A stretch of 62,376 nucleotides of DNA from Acetofilamentum sp. (lineage in GTDB: Bacteria; Bacteroidota; Bacteroidia; Bacteroidales; JAADGE01). The translations under genes and the position numbers were made by a program. Numbering within the stretch: position 1 is the stretch's first letter; each line of letters opens with the position of its first letter. Where the stretch lies: contig DYOF01000002.1 in assembly GCA_020720665.1 (NCBI GenBank), forward strand, positions 1 through 62,376, in the 5' to 3' direction. Positions 40,961 to 50,464 of the stretch are shown one piece after another. The notes beneath the pieces were generated by a model. That model ran no database searches. It was not told the origin of the DNA and worked only from the letters and a program-made list of their open reading frames with translations.

Positions 40961-42064
40961 TTATTTTACCCTGTTCCATGCTAATGTTTTCAGCATAAAA
41001 TTAGGTAAGGGTTTAAGTTGATTTCGTTTAATCAGGTTTAAATTCCAACCGATTTTTTTTAAAATCGGTATTTTGTGTGTTTCAACAAATTCAATTAAAG
41101 TTCCGTCCGGATCTTCAACATATGCAAAATGTCCCGCTGCTTCTCCCATATCGAAAATTTTTCCGCCCTGTTCATATATCTCCGGATTACTGTCCACCGT
41201 GAAAGGATGCCCGTTCGTATTACAATAATCTTTTAAACACTTCATACAACTGACATCGAAGCATATTTGAATAAAGCCCGGATCACCCCAAAAACGATTT
41301 TCATACATTTTTTTAGCTTCTGTATCATGTACTTGCACCAATTCTATCTGACTGTTTCCAAACAGTTTACTAAATGCCCCTAAACGAGGTTTACTATGTG
41401 ATAACAGAACCCTTTCAAATTTCGCATTCCCTCTTTTTAAACCTGATAAATCTTGAAAATTACCTGTTTTATTATATTCAATAACATCATAACCTAATAT
41501 TTCAGAATAAAATGAAACGGCTTTTTTCATATCACTGACCCCTATTAATGCTCCAAAAACTCCGCCGTTTAAGGCTTTTGATTTTGCAAAAACAGAATGT
41601 TCTTCAATTATTTGAAATACATTACCATAAGGATCTTCGATAAAGCAATGTCTTTTACCGTTCGGATCTTTTTGAATATCACTTAGGATTTTAACATTAT
41701 TTTCTTTATAAAATTTAATAGCCTGCTCAATTTTGTTACTTTTAATTTTGGCAGCATAAATACCTAAATCACCTAATTGAACTTCAAATTCGGCATGTTT
41801 TGGCTCTCTTGTTAAATACTGCCAAACCTCTAATCCGCCTCCGCCTTGTAAATTTATGGCAATTACGGCATGTCTGTGTTGTGGTTTTCCGCCGGTATAG
41901 CGTAACATTTTTTCGGCTGTTCCGGGTGCATCTACAACCGGGATGTCAAATCCTAAATATTTACGATACCACTCCCAAGCTTTCTGAATATCAGTTACTC
42001 CGATACCAACTTGCTGAATTCCGCTGATAATATGATGCATATAATTAGTTAAAATAATTTGCAA
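40961..42064 (-). CDS. Two-domain VOC (glyoxalase/bleomycin-resistance/dioxygenase) family protein
   Basis: 367 aa. GIQQVGIGVTDIQKAWEWYRKYLGF, and a second similar module (ALIGVSDMKKAVSFYSEILGY). Confidence 0.7.
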   Translation of the reverse strand: MQIILTNYMHHIISGIQQVGIGVTDIQKAWEWYRKYLGFDIPVVDAPGTAEKMLRYTGGKPQHRHAVIAINLQGGGGLEVWQYLTREPKHAEFEVQLGDLGIYAAKIKSNKIEQAIKFYKENNVKILSDIQKDPNGKRHCFIEDPYGNVFQIIEEHSVFAKSKALNGGVFGALIGVSDMKKAVSFYSEILGYDVIEYNKTGNFQDLSGLKRGNAKFERVLLSHSKPRLGAFSKLFGNSQIELVQVHDTEAKKMYENRFWGDPGFIQICFDVSCMKCLKDYCNTNGHPFTVDSNPEIYEQGGKIFDMGEAAGHFAYVEDPDGTLIEFVETHKIPILKKIGWNLNLIKRNQLKPLPNFMLKTLAWNRVK

Positions 42065-42188
42065 AGATAGGAATTTACATTTTCACATAAAAAATTAACT
42101 TTTAATTATCAACGATTTTAAAAAAAAGTTTTTCATATATTTGCAGCCTTATTAAATAAAGATATTAAATAATATAAATCTCAACAAC

Positions 42189-43415
42189 GTGGATATTTTT
42201 AAAAAATTAGACACATCAAAAACCGACTTGGGAAAATATCAAGCGTCGGTTCACGGCTATATGACCTTTCCGAAATTAGAAGGCGAAATAGGTCCTGTGA
42301 TGAAATTTCAAGGAAAAGATGTTATTACTTGGAGCGTTAATAATTATTTAGGCTTAGCCAACACCCCTGAGGTCAGAAAAGCCGATGCCGATGCGGCAGC
42401 TAAATATGGTATGGCTTACCCGATGGGTGCCCGTATGATGACCGGTAACACAAAATACCATGAAGAATTAGAACAAAAACTCGCTAACTTTGTTGGTAAA
42501 GAAAGTGGATATTTGTTAAACTACGGCTATCAAGGAATGTTATCAATTATTGATTCTTTGGTTGACAGAAATGATGTTATTGTTTACGACTCAGATTCAC
42601 ATGCTTGTATTTTAGACGGAGCCAGATTACATATGGGTAAACGTTTCGTTTATAAACATAATGACATGGAAAGCTTGGATAAACAATTAGCCCATGCTAC
42701 AAAATTTTTAGAAAGTAATGATAAAGGGGGAATTCTTGTTATAACCGAAGGTGTTTTTGGAATGGAAGGCGATCTCGGAAATTTAAAAGCAATTACTGAT
42801 TTTAAGGAAAAATATAATTTCCGTTTATTTATAGATGATGCTCACGGATTCGGAACAATGGGGAAAACCGGTGCCGGAACAGGAGAACATTACGGAGTTC
42901 AAGACAAAGTAGATGTTTATTTCGGCACTTTTGCCAAAGCAATGGCGGGAATAGGCGGATTTGTTGCCAGCGAAAAACATATCGTTGATTATCTTCGTTA
43001 CACGATGCGTTCGCAAATTTTTGCAAAAGCCTTACCGATGCCTATGGTTTTAGGGGCTTTTAAAAGATTGGAAATGCTGCAAAACAACCCTGAATATAAA
43101 AACAAATTATGGGAAATTGTAAATGCATTACAAAAAGGTTTGAAAGAAAACGGATTTAATTTAGGTGAAACAGAATCACCGGTTACCCCTGTATTTTTTG
43201 ACGGAGATGACACAATGGTAATAAAAATAACAAAAGATTTAAGAGAAAATTACGGTATTTTCTGCTCTGCTGTTGTATATCCGGTAATTCCTAAAGGAAA
43301 AATAATGTTAAGATTGATTCCTACAGCTGCTCATACTCTTGAGCATGTTGAAAAAACGATTGCCGCTTTTTCAGAAATACAAGAGAAGCTTAAAAAAGGT
43401 GTTTATACAAACTAA
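42189..43415 (+). CDS. PLP-dependent alpha-oxoamine synthase (Kbl/BioF/SPT family); candidate cysteate- or serine-acyltransferase
   Basis: 408 aa with a GTG start. Motifs NNYLGL, DDAHGFG and the PLP lysine in GTFAKA. Confidence 0.85.
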   Translation: MDIFKKLDTSKTDLGKYQASVHGYMTFPKLEGEIGPVMKFQGKDVITWSVNNYLGLANTPEVRKADADAAAKYGMAYPMGARMMTGNTKYHEELEQKLANFVGKESGYLLNYGYQGMLSIIDSLVDRNDVIVYDSDSHACILDGARLHMGKRFVYKHNDMESLDKQLAHATKFLESNDKGGILVITEGVFGMEGDLGNLKAITDFKEKYNFRLFIDDAHGFGTMGKTGAGTGEHYGVQDKVDVYFGTFAKAMAGIGGFVASEKHIVDYLRYTMRSQIFAKALPMPMVLGAFKRLEMLQNNPEYKNKLWEIVNALQKGLKENGFNLGETESPVTPVFFDGDDTMVIKITKDLRENYGIFCSAVVYPVIPKGKIMLRLIPTAAHTLEHVEKTIAAFSEIQEKLKKGVYTN

Positions 43416-43420
43416 TATTA

Positions 43421-43450
43421 AAAAAAGCTGCTGCATAAAGCAGCTTTTTT
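43421..43450. terminator. Bidirectional terminator hairpin
   Basis: aaaaaagctgct (43421-43432) pairs with agcagctttttt (43439-43450) around a 6-nt loop. It lies between convergent genes. Confidence 0.8.
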
Positions 43451-44715
43451 TATATCTTTTTCATTGTATTTAGTACTTTATATCCGATAATTTCTTCGTA
43501 AAGATTTGACGGATTTTTATAATAAACAAATATATAGTAATCGTTTTCTGTTTCATAAAAATCTCCTTCTGTAAACATTAAATTTTGTTTATTTTCTTTA
43601 CTATTTACAAAAACAAATTGATAATTATAAAACCCTTGCTTTAGCAACATTCTTAAATTATAAGCCCGGTCTGAATAATTATAATACATTTCGTTTGTTT
43701 TATTTGTCTCCCAACCGCTTAATTCTCCGTAAACATAAATATTACCTTCAGGTATGAAATCTGATTTGTATTTAAAATCAACATACACATATTCCGCTTC
43801 TGTTTCATCATTTTCAACATAATCTGCCGTAACTAAAAATTTACCGTTAATGTCTTCCTGATAAGTATATGATAAATTCGATTTTTTAAAATCATCTGTT
43901 AATTCAAAAAAATAATAGGGTGATTCATGGTAAATTGATTTAACCCTCTGATTTACATATTTAGTATTCTTTACATTAAAAAACCGATATTCGTTTCCTC
44001 CTCTAAATCTTAATTTCCTTGCGTTATTATATTCATATACATTTGATTTAATAAAATCCGGCTTAATTTGGCTGATGTAATTGTATTGATTTTGATTTTG
44101 GAAAATTGTAACATTCATATTATCACCTGAATTAAAAATAAAATTTGAGTTGTCAATAATTTTAAATGTAATTTCTTGCGAATTATCAATTGAACTGACA
44201 ACCGATGAACGCTTAATTTCGGCTTCAATTTTCACATTTGAATCAACAACAAAAAAACGTTGCGATAAAACTAATTTTTCTCTTCCGTAACCCTCATAAA
44301 CTAAAAATAAATAATTTCCGCTCAACAAGGGTTTAATATCTTCATCGGGAAAGAGAATTTCATAATGCCGATAAGGAACTTTAGTATTGAAAGAATTTTC
44401 ATATTCGGATATTACATTTTCTTTAAAACCGTCAATGTACTCTATTGAACTGATATCGGAAGGTTCCCAATTTGAATTGCAATGAATAATTGTATAGTAA
44501 TAGTCTGTTCCGTTTTCATTCAAATCATCAAAACTTAAAATTAATGACTTTGGATTCTTTAAATCGATTAAGGGAATTGAAAATTTGGAATCAATTTGAT
44601 AAAACTCTACGGTTTTTATTTTTTCTTTATAAACTTTATTTTCATAACTAATTTCCTGAGAGAAACTAAAACGAAAAAGGACTGTAAACAGTAATAAAAT
44701 AGGATATTTTAACAT
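43450..44715 (-). CDS. DUF5103-like protein (T9SS plug-protein family)
   Basis: The signal peptide starts at the internal ATG (MLKYPILLLFTVLFRFSFSQ). The segment LILSFDDLNENGTDYYYTIIHCNSNWEPSD resembles DUF5103. The ORF track extends to 44787. Confidence 0.6.
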   Translation of the reverse strand: MLKYPILLLFTVLFRFSFSQEISYENKVYKEKIKTVEFYQIDSKFSIPLIDLKNPKSLILSFDDLNENGTDYYYTIIHCNSNWEPSDISSIEYIDGFKENVISEYENSFNTKVPYRHYEILFPDEDIKPLLSGNYLFLVYEGYGREKLVLSQRFFVVDSNVKIEAEIKRSSVVSSIDNSQEITFKIIDNSNFIFNSGDNMNVTIFQNQNQYNYISQIKPDFIKSNVYEYNNARKLRFRGGNEYRFFNVKNTKYVNQRVKSIYHESPYYFFELTDDFKKSNLSYTYQEDINGKFLVTADYVENDETEAEYVYVDFKYKSDFIPEGNIYVYGELSGWETNKTNEMYYNYSDRAYNLRMLLKQGFYNYQFVFVNSKENKQNLMFTEGDFYETENDYYIFVYYKNPSNLYEEIIGYKVLNTMKKI

Positions 44716-45016
44716 TTTTTCCTCAAATATATGTTTATAAACTAAATTTATTTGCATAAAGTATAAAAAATTTATATTTTGCAACATATAAACATAAAAA
44801 AAGAAACAAGTAATGATTTGTTTATACTAAAAAACAAGAAACTTACAAACGATTAACATAACAAAAGTGCTGAAAATTTCAGACCTTTTTATTGTTTCAT
44901 TCAAAGTTTTGGTAATAAAAGTAAATAAATTTCATACAAAATACTTTCAAAACTAACATTTTTTGTAATTTAGCAGATTGAATTAATATATCTTGTAAAA
45001 ACTTATAAATATTATC

Positions 45017-47416
45017 ATGAAGCAATCTTTCAGAATAAAAAATTCTATAATACCGAAAATCTCATTATTACTCTTTATTATACTTACAGCAGGTAGAGAG
45101 CCTCAACAAATTTCAGATTTCGAATTCGGAGATTTAAAATCAAAATCGTACTATACAACATTATTTAATCAATCCGAACAAACTGAACTTGCAACAGCTG
45201 ATGAAGATTACCTCAGAGGCAAAACAGAACTCTTAAATGCCGAAAAAGAATTTAAAAAAGCTGAGGGTTATCAAATATTATCACAAGATAACGGAGAAAA
45301 AACAAATAAAAAAGCTTTAAAATACGAGAAAAAGGGCGTAAAAAGTGCAATTAAAGCCTACGACTATTTTTTTAAAGCATCCGACAGAAAATTTAAAGTT
45401 TATTCTGACCGATTAAAGCGGATGGACAACAATAACAGCAAAATTCACCTGAAAGCAGAAGAAATAAGTATTGAAGCCCGTGCAACATACATGTCGGGGA
45501 ATGAGATGAAACAAATTGCACAATCAATGAACGGAAAACGCAAAATTGAACAATTAGAATCGGCATTTTCAACTCATTTAAAAGCAATTCGATCGCAAGA
45601 AGAAGCATTTAAAATTTATATGAACGACACAGAGGCAGATAAGTCCGATTACGAAACAGAAAATAATACCGAAAATGTAACAGATAATGATATTGAAAAT
45701 AACAATACTTACAATCCTGAAAATGACCCGAATGTATATATTTCAAAAGAAGAACATATTATTTCAAAATTAAATATAAGTTCTTCTGATATATTAATTC
45801 TCGAAGATGCCAAAGATAAAAGAACCTATGCCGAATCAATTCAGCAGGAAACGGATAAAGAATATCTAAAAATTGAAACAATCAGAGAACAAGCAGAAAA
45901 TATCAGTGATTCGGAAGAAAAAGAACAAAAATTAAAAATGGCTGCAGGATTAGAAAAAATTTTGGTTGAAAAAATGATTAAAGCATCGAAGCTTTTTTTT
46001 GAGGCCGATAAAATGAAATATGAAATTTATGCAAAATATTTACCTTCTGCACGAAATTCAAAATTAATTTCAGAAGCAAAAAAATACGAAGAAAATTCTG
46101 TAAAACTTCATGCTAACGCACAAATGATGTACAATAAAGCAAATTTCTATACCGAACATAAAAGCAATTTATACATTCAAATTATGAATGCCGTACAAAC
46201 CGAACTGTCGGCAATTCAGGAACAAGAAAATGCCTTTTCAACGTATTTTGCTCTTGAAACTACTCCGCTCGAAGAAATGATTTCTGACACTGATAACTCT
46301 GATAATCAGACCGGTAAAACAAATGACAACTCAGAGGAAACAACTTTAACTTTTAATTACAAAGGTTCATTCGTATATTCTAAAAACAATCCGAAGCCGG
46401 TTGCTTTAGTTCATAAAAAAGGTATCATTTTTAAAATTCAATTAGGGCTGTTTAAAGATTTATTACCGCTTAATAAATACGGCAAATACTCACCGATAAG
46501 CTATGACACCTTTAAAAATAATCCTTATAAACGTTTTATGTTAGGCGAATACAGAAGTTACAAAGCTGCTGAATTTGTTCTGAACAGTGTTATTTCAAAA
46601 GGATTAACCGATCCGTTTATTGTTGCATATATTGACGGAGTAAGAAAATCAACAAGCTATGCAATGGCAAACATTCAAAGAGATGATGAATTTGAAAAAG
46701 TTGAAGCCGGCGAAATGGCATACCTAAAAACCGGAATAACTAACGAAACTTCCGAAAACATAAACAATTCAAATAATAATATAACAGAAAATTCAAACAC
46801 CGATAAAATTGATTTCTCAAAAATTAATGACATTAAAACAATCAAATCATTAGCTTATTTTATCCAGTTAGGAAATTTTTCAAGTAAAAAGGATTTAAAC
46901 AACTTTATAGATATAAATCCGATATATGAAGAAAAATCGAATATCGGTTATAAATATTTAACCGGTACATATAAAACATACGAATCAGCCAAAGAATCCT
47001 TAAATGAAATTTCAAAAAAAGGATTTCCCGAAGCCTTTGTAACTGCCTATTATAAAGGCGAAAAAATTACATTGAACAAAGCGAAAACTATGCTTGAATC
47101 GCCTGAACAAAACCAATTTAACACGTCTGAAACAAAAATATATTTTACGGTTCAAATCGGAGCTTTCTCAAATGAGCTAAACAAAGAAGAATTAAAACAA
47201 TTTGACGAAGTTGCTCGCATACAAAAAATTTCATCAACAAAAATTGACGGCGGTTTGTATTTATACACAGTAGGAAAATTTAACGAATACAGCGAAGCAG
47301 CTGACTTAAAAAAAGAAATAAAAACTCTGAATATAGACAGTTTTGTTATTGCATTTAAAAACGGACAAAGAATAAGCGCTCAAGAAGCTATTGAATATTT
47401 AAAACAAAATAAATAA
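45017..47416 (+). CDS. Coiled-coil protein with three C-terminal SPOR-like modules
   Basis: 799 aa. Three repeats of the pattern F(K/T/I)(I/V)Q(L/I)G.F... with (Y/F)..G.(Y/F)....A, at FKIQLGLF, YFIQLGNFS and FTVQIGAFS. Confidence 0.6.
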   Translation: MKQSFRIKNSIIPKISLLLFIILTAGREPQQISDFEFGDLKSKSYYTTLFNQSEQTELATADEDYLRGKTELLNAEKEFKKAEGYQILSQDNGEKTNKKALKYEKKGVKSAIKAYDYFFKASDRKFKVYSDRLKRMDNNNSKIHLKAEEISIEARATYMSGNEMKQIAQSMNGKRKIEQLESAFSTHLKAIRSQEEAFKIYMNDTEADKSDYETENNTENVTDNDIENNNTYNPENDPNVYISKEEHIISKLNISSSDILILEDAKDKRTYAESIQQETDKEYLKIETIREQAENISDSEEKEQKLKMAAGLEKILVEKMIKASKLFFEADKMKYEIYAKYLPSARNSKLISEAKKYEENSVKLHANAQMMYNKANFYTEHKSNLYIQIMNAVQTELSAIQEQENAFSTYFALETTPLEEMISDTDNSDNQTGKTNDNSEETTLTFNYKGSFVYSKNNPKPVALVHKKGIIFKIQLGLFKDLLPLNKYGKYSPISYDTFKNNPYKRFMLGEYRSYKAAEFVLNSVISKGLTDPFIVAYIDGVRKSTSYAMANIQRDDEFEKVEAGEMAYLKTGITNETSENINNSNNNITENSNTDKIDFSKINDIKTIKSLAYFIQLGNFSSKKDLNNFIDINPIYEEKSNIGYKYLTGTYKTYESAKESLNEISKKGFPEAFVTAYYKGEKITLNKAKTMLESPEQNQFNTSETKIYFTVQIGAFSNELNKEELKQFDEVARIQKISSTKIDGGLYLYTVGKFNEYSEAADLKKEIKTLNIDSFVIAFKNGQRISAQEAIEYLKQNK

Positions 47417-47436
47417 TAATGCTTAATTGAACAGAT

Positions 47437-47712
47437 ATGGCAAATCAAAATAAAACACAAAAGCAAAACGAAGATTTAACATCCTTAAAGAATAATAATT
47501 TCTTAATTCTTCATAATGATGATTATCACACATTTGACTATGTAATTGATGCACTGATTGATGTTTGCGAACACGATATTGAACAAGCCGTTCAATCAAC
47601 ATACTTAGTTCATTATAAAGGAAAAGCAGACGTTAAAAAAGGAAGCTATGATTTTTTAAAACCGATGATGAGCAAATTAAAAGACAAAAAATTAAAAGCA
47701 ACCATCGAGTAA
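47437..47712 (+). CDS. clpS: ATP-dependent Clp protease adaptor ClpS
   Basis: 91 aa. FLILHNDDYHTFDYVIDALIDVCEH...A...VH.KG is the ClpS core. Confidence 0.88.
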   Translation: MANQNKTQKQNEDLTSLKNNNFLILHNDDYHTFDYVIDALIDVCEHDIEQAVQSTYLVHYKGKADVKKGSYDFLKPMMSKLKDKKLKATIE

Positions 47713-47736
47713 ACAAAAAATAAGTAAACTCAAAAA

Positions 47737-49203
47737 ATGGATATAATTATTATAACAATATTCTTAGCTTTCACTCTTTTATGTTTGATATATTCATATG
47801 TTCCGAATGAATTACAATCTTTAGCCAATATTGCCGGGTTCAGTAAATTATCACTTCGGTTTGGCATTTTACGACTTCAAAAAATACCTGTAAAACTGCT
47901 TTTTGAAGAATATTCGAAACTAAAACAGCATGATATTAATATTGATTTTGATGATTTTAATAAAATTTGGAAAACCGGAGAAGAAAATATTCATCAAATC
48001 ACAAATATTTTAATTAAAGCAAAGCAAAAAGGACTTAATATTTCTTTATCAGAAATTGAAACTTATAATTTAAACAATACAAATTCCGAGAATTATTATA
48101 AAATATTACAAAATTCTCAACACTTCAATTTACATATTTCATCTGAAGAAATTTTAGATTTGCTTCGCTCTGATTTTGATTCCGATACCTATTTTAAAAT
48201 TTATTCTGCAAGTAAACAATTAAATCTTAATATAAACCGGTCTGAAATTTTTAAATCAGATTTTCAATCAGCACTTAAATATATTGAAACGGTTAAAACA
48301 GCTGTTGAAATGAATTTAGAATATAATTTTATACAACAGTCAGAATTTAATTTTAAGGAAAAAACCGATTTATTAATAAATTTCATCGAAATTAATAAAC
48401 ATAATATTGCAATTTCAAACGACGAACTGATTGAATTTACCAAAAATAAGTTAAATTTAAACGATTTCATTGATGCAATAAAGCTGATAAGAACAAATAA
48501 TTTAGACCCAATATCAAACGAACAAATTAAAAATCACTTTCAAAAAGGCGGTAATCCAAAACAAGTTTTAGAGTCATTTTTATACCTAAACGCAAATAAT
48601 ATAAACCTAAGCCCCGAAACTTTGTTTACAATTGATTTAAAGCAAAAAGGAAATTTAACAGACATAATTAAAAAAACAGTCATCCCTTTTGACAGTGAAC
48701 CTATTAATATCTCAGCCGTTATACTAAAAGACGGCTTAACAATTATTCCGAAAATAGTTTTAAGTTTAAAAGAAAAAATTGAAACCGTAAACAATTATTT
48801 TGACGAGAATATTTTTTTTATGTCAATCAGTGAAATTATCAGAAAAGAATTTTTAAAATTTAATTCTTATGAAGATTTACTAAAAAATTTGAATTCCTTT
48901 TCTGAAAACGCAATCAATAAAATTAATACTGATTATAAAAATATTGAAAACAGTCGTTTCATTTTAAATGAAATTAAAATTATTGATTTAAAAACTGAAG
49001 AAAATACAACATCAAAAATCAATAAAGAAAATATTCGCTTAAAAACAGAAGAATTTAAACTTAAAAAAGCTGAAACCGAATTGAAATTAAGTGAAGAAAT
49101 AGCTGATGCTTTTAAAAAAGGAAAAATAAGTTTAAAAGATTATCAAAAAGAAAAATATATTTTCGGCTCTGATACCGAAGGTGAATTACCTTACACAAAA
49201 TAA
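47737..49203 (+). CDS. Highly divergent FloA-like (UPF0365) paralog with expanded helical repeats
   Basis: 488 aa. The N-terminal TM helix plus LRLQKIP aligns with FloA MRLQSIP. The repeat ILIKAKQKGLNISLSEIE resembles a FloA unit. The C-terminus ADAFKKGKISLKDYQKE aligns with FloA ASAFLDGNLSVNDYQKI. Confidence 0.6.
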   Translation: MDIIIITIFLAFTLLCLIYSYVPNELQSLANIAGFSKLSLRFGILRLQKIPVKLLFEEYSKLKQHDINIDFDDFNKIWKTGEENIHQITNILIKAKQKGLNISLSEIETYNLNNTNSENYYKILQNSQHFNLHISSEEILDLLRSDFDSDTYFKIYSASKQLNLNINRSEIFKSDFQSALKYIETVKTAVEMNLEYNFIQQSEFNFKEKTDLLINFIEINKHNIAISNDELIEFTKNKLNLNDFIDAIKLIRTNNLDPISNEQIKNHFQKGGNPKQVLESFLYLNANNINLSPETLFTIDLKQKGNLTDIIKKTVIPFDSEPINISAVILKDGLTIIPKIVLSLKEKIETVNNYFDENIFFMSISEIIRKEFLKFNSYEDLLKNLNSFSENAINKINTDYKNIENSRFILNEIKIIDLKTEENTTSKINKENIRLKTEEFKLKKAETELKLSEEIADAFKKGKISLKDYQKEKYIFGSDTEGELPYTK

Positions 49204-49230
49204 TATATTCGTTAAATAAAACCGATTAAA

Positions 49231-50415
49231 ATGATAACGGCACTTATTCTCATTATAATTTTCATAATTGTTTTGTTCTTTTGGTACTTTGCACCGTTTT
49301 CATTATGGTATAAAGCCAAATTGTCAGGCATTGAAGCCGGATTAGGAAACATGGCAAAAATGCGATTACAAAGCATACCTCACGAACTGATAATTTCTAA
49401 TTTAATAAAAGCAAATAATGCCGGTTTACCTGTTAAAAGTTCTGAACTAATGCAAAATTATTTAGCCGGTGTTAATATTGAAAACGTTGTTGATTCGGCA
49501 ATCCGTGCAAAAAATGCAGGCATATCTTTAAACTTTAATAACATAGCTAAACATTACTTAGCTAAAGTTGATACCGACCGAATTATCCATGCCTTAATTA
49601 CGGCACACAATGCAGGCATAAATACCGATATAAATGAATTAGCTTCATTTTATTTATCAAACGTTGATATCATAAAGATTGTAGATGCTGCCGTAAGTGC
49701 TAAAAATGCCGGATATGAACACATTACACTTCAAATTCTGAAAGAGCATAATTTATCAAACGGAAATGTTATAAAAGCTGTAAATGCATATATTGCTGCA
49801 AAAGAAGCACATTACAACGAAATTACATTTAAGGAAATTGCCGCAATTGATTTAACAGAACTCGATGTAACCGATGCCGTAAATCGTTCAATTAATCCCG
49901 TTGTTATTGAAACTGATCTTATTAAAGGTATTTGTGCTGACGGAATTGAAATTCAGTTGAAACTAAAATTAACCGTCAGAGCCGATTTAAAAAATATTAT
50001 CGGCGGTGCAAATGAACAAACTGTTTTTGCAAGAGTTAATGAATACCTTACAACAGAAATCGGACGAACTGAAAACCATCAGGAAGTTTTAAGAAATCCA
50101 TACGAATTAGCCCAAAAAGTTCAATTGAAAGAATTAGGAAGAGCTACAGCTTTTGAAATTTTATCTGTTGATGTTTCAAATATAAATGTGGGAAAAGATA
50201 TTCAAGCTAAATTATTAAAAGAACGTGCAAAAGCAAATGCCGAAAAAGCAAAAACAGAATATATAAAAGCAGAAGAAAAAGTTCAAAAAGCTATGGCATC
50301 CGCATTTTTAGACGGAAATTTATCAGTTAACGATTACCAAAAAATACAAAACACCGAAGCTGATACAAAAATGAGAAAAGACATCAGCAATTCAATAAAA
50401 AAAGATAAAAAGTAA
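49231..50415 (+). CDS. floA: Flotillin-like protein FloA (UPF0365/YqfA family), repeat-expanded
   Basis: 394 aa. Shows NPVVIETDLIKGICADGIEIQLKLKLTVRA, AFEILSVDVSNINVGKDI and DYQKIQNTEADTKMR. About five KA.NAG...YLA-type units precede the core. Confidence 0.8.
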   Translation: MITALILIIIFIIVLFFWYFAPFSLWYKAKLSGIEAGLGNMAKMRLQSIPHELIISNLIKANNAGLPVKSSELMQNYLAGVNIENVVDSAIRAKNAGISLNFNNIAKHYLAKVDTDRIIHALITAHNAGINTDINELASFYLSNVDIIKIVDAAVSAKNAGYEHITLQILKEHNLSNGNVIKAVNAYIAAKEAHYNEITFKEIAAIDLTELDVTDAVNRSINPVVIETDLIKGICADGIEIQLKLKLTVRADLKNIIGGANEQTVFARVNEYLTTEIGRTENHQEVLRNPYELAQKVQLKELGRATAFEILSVDVSNINVGKDIQAKLLKERAKANAEKAKTEYIKAEEKVQKAMASAFLDGNLSVNDYQKIQNTEADTKMRKDISNSIKKDKK

Positions 50416-50425
50416 ATTCTTAATC

Positions 50426-50463
50426 AAAAAAAAATCAGCTCTTTCGTGAACTGATTTTTTTTT
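50426..50463. terminator. Bidirectional terminator hairpin flanked by A and T runs
   Basis: aaaaaaaatcag ... ctgattttttttt with an imperfect inner stem. It lies between convergent floA and the beta-barrel gene. Confidence 0.6.
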
Positions 50464-50464
50464 A

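Noticed and set aside
42825-43213. Three minus-strand ORFs antisense to the alpha-oxoamine synthase
   Set aside because: They are short, mutually overlapping shadow ORFs opposite a gene with clear PLP-enzyme motifs.
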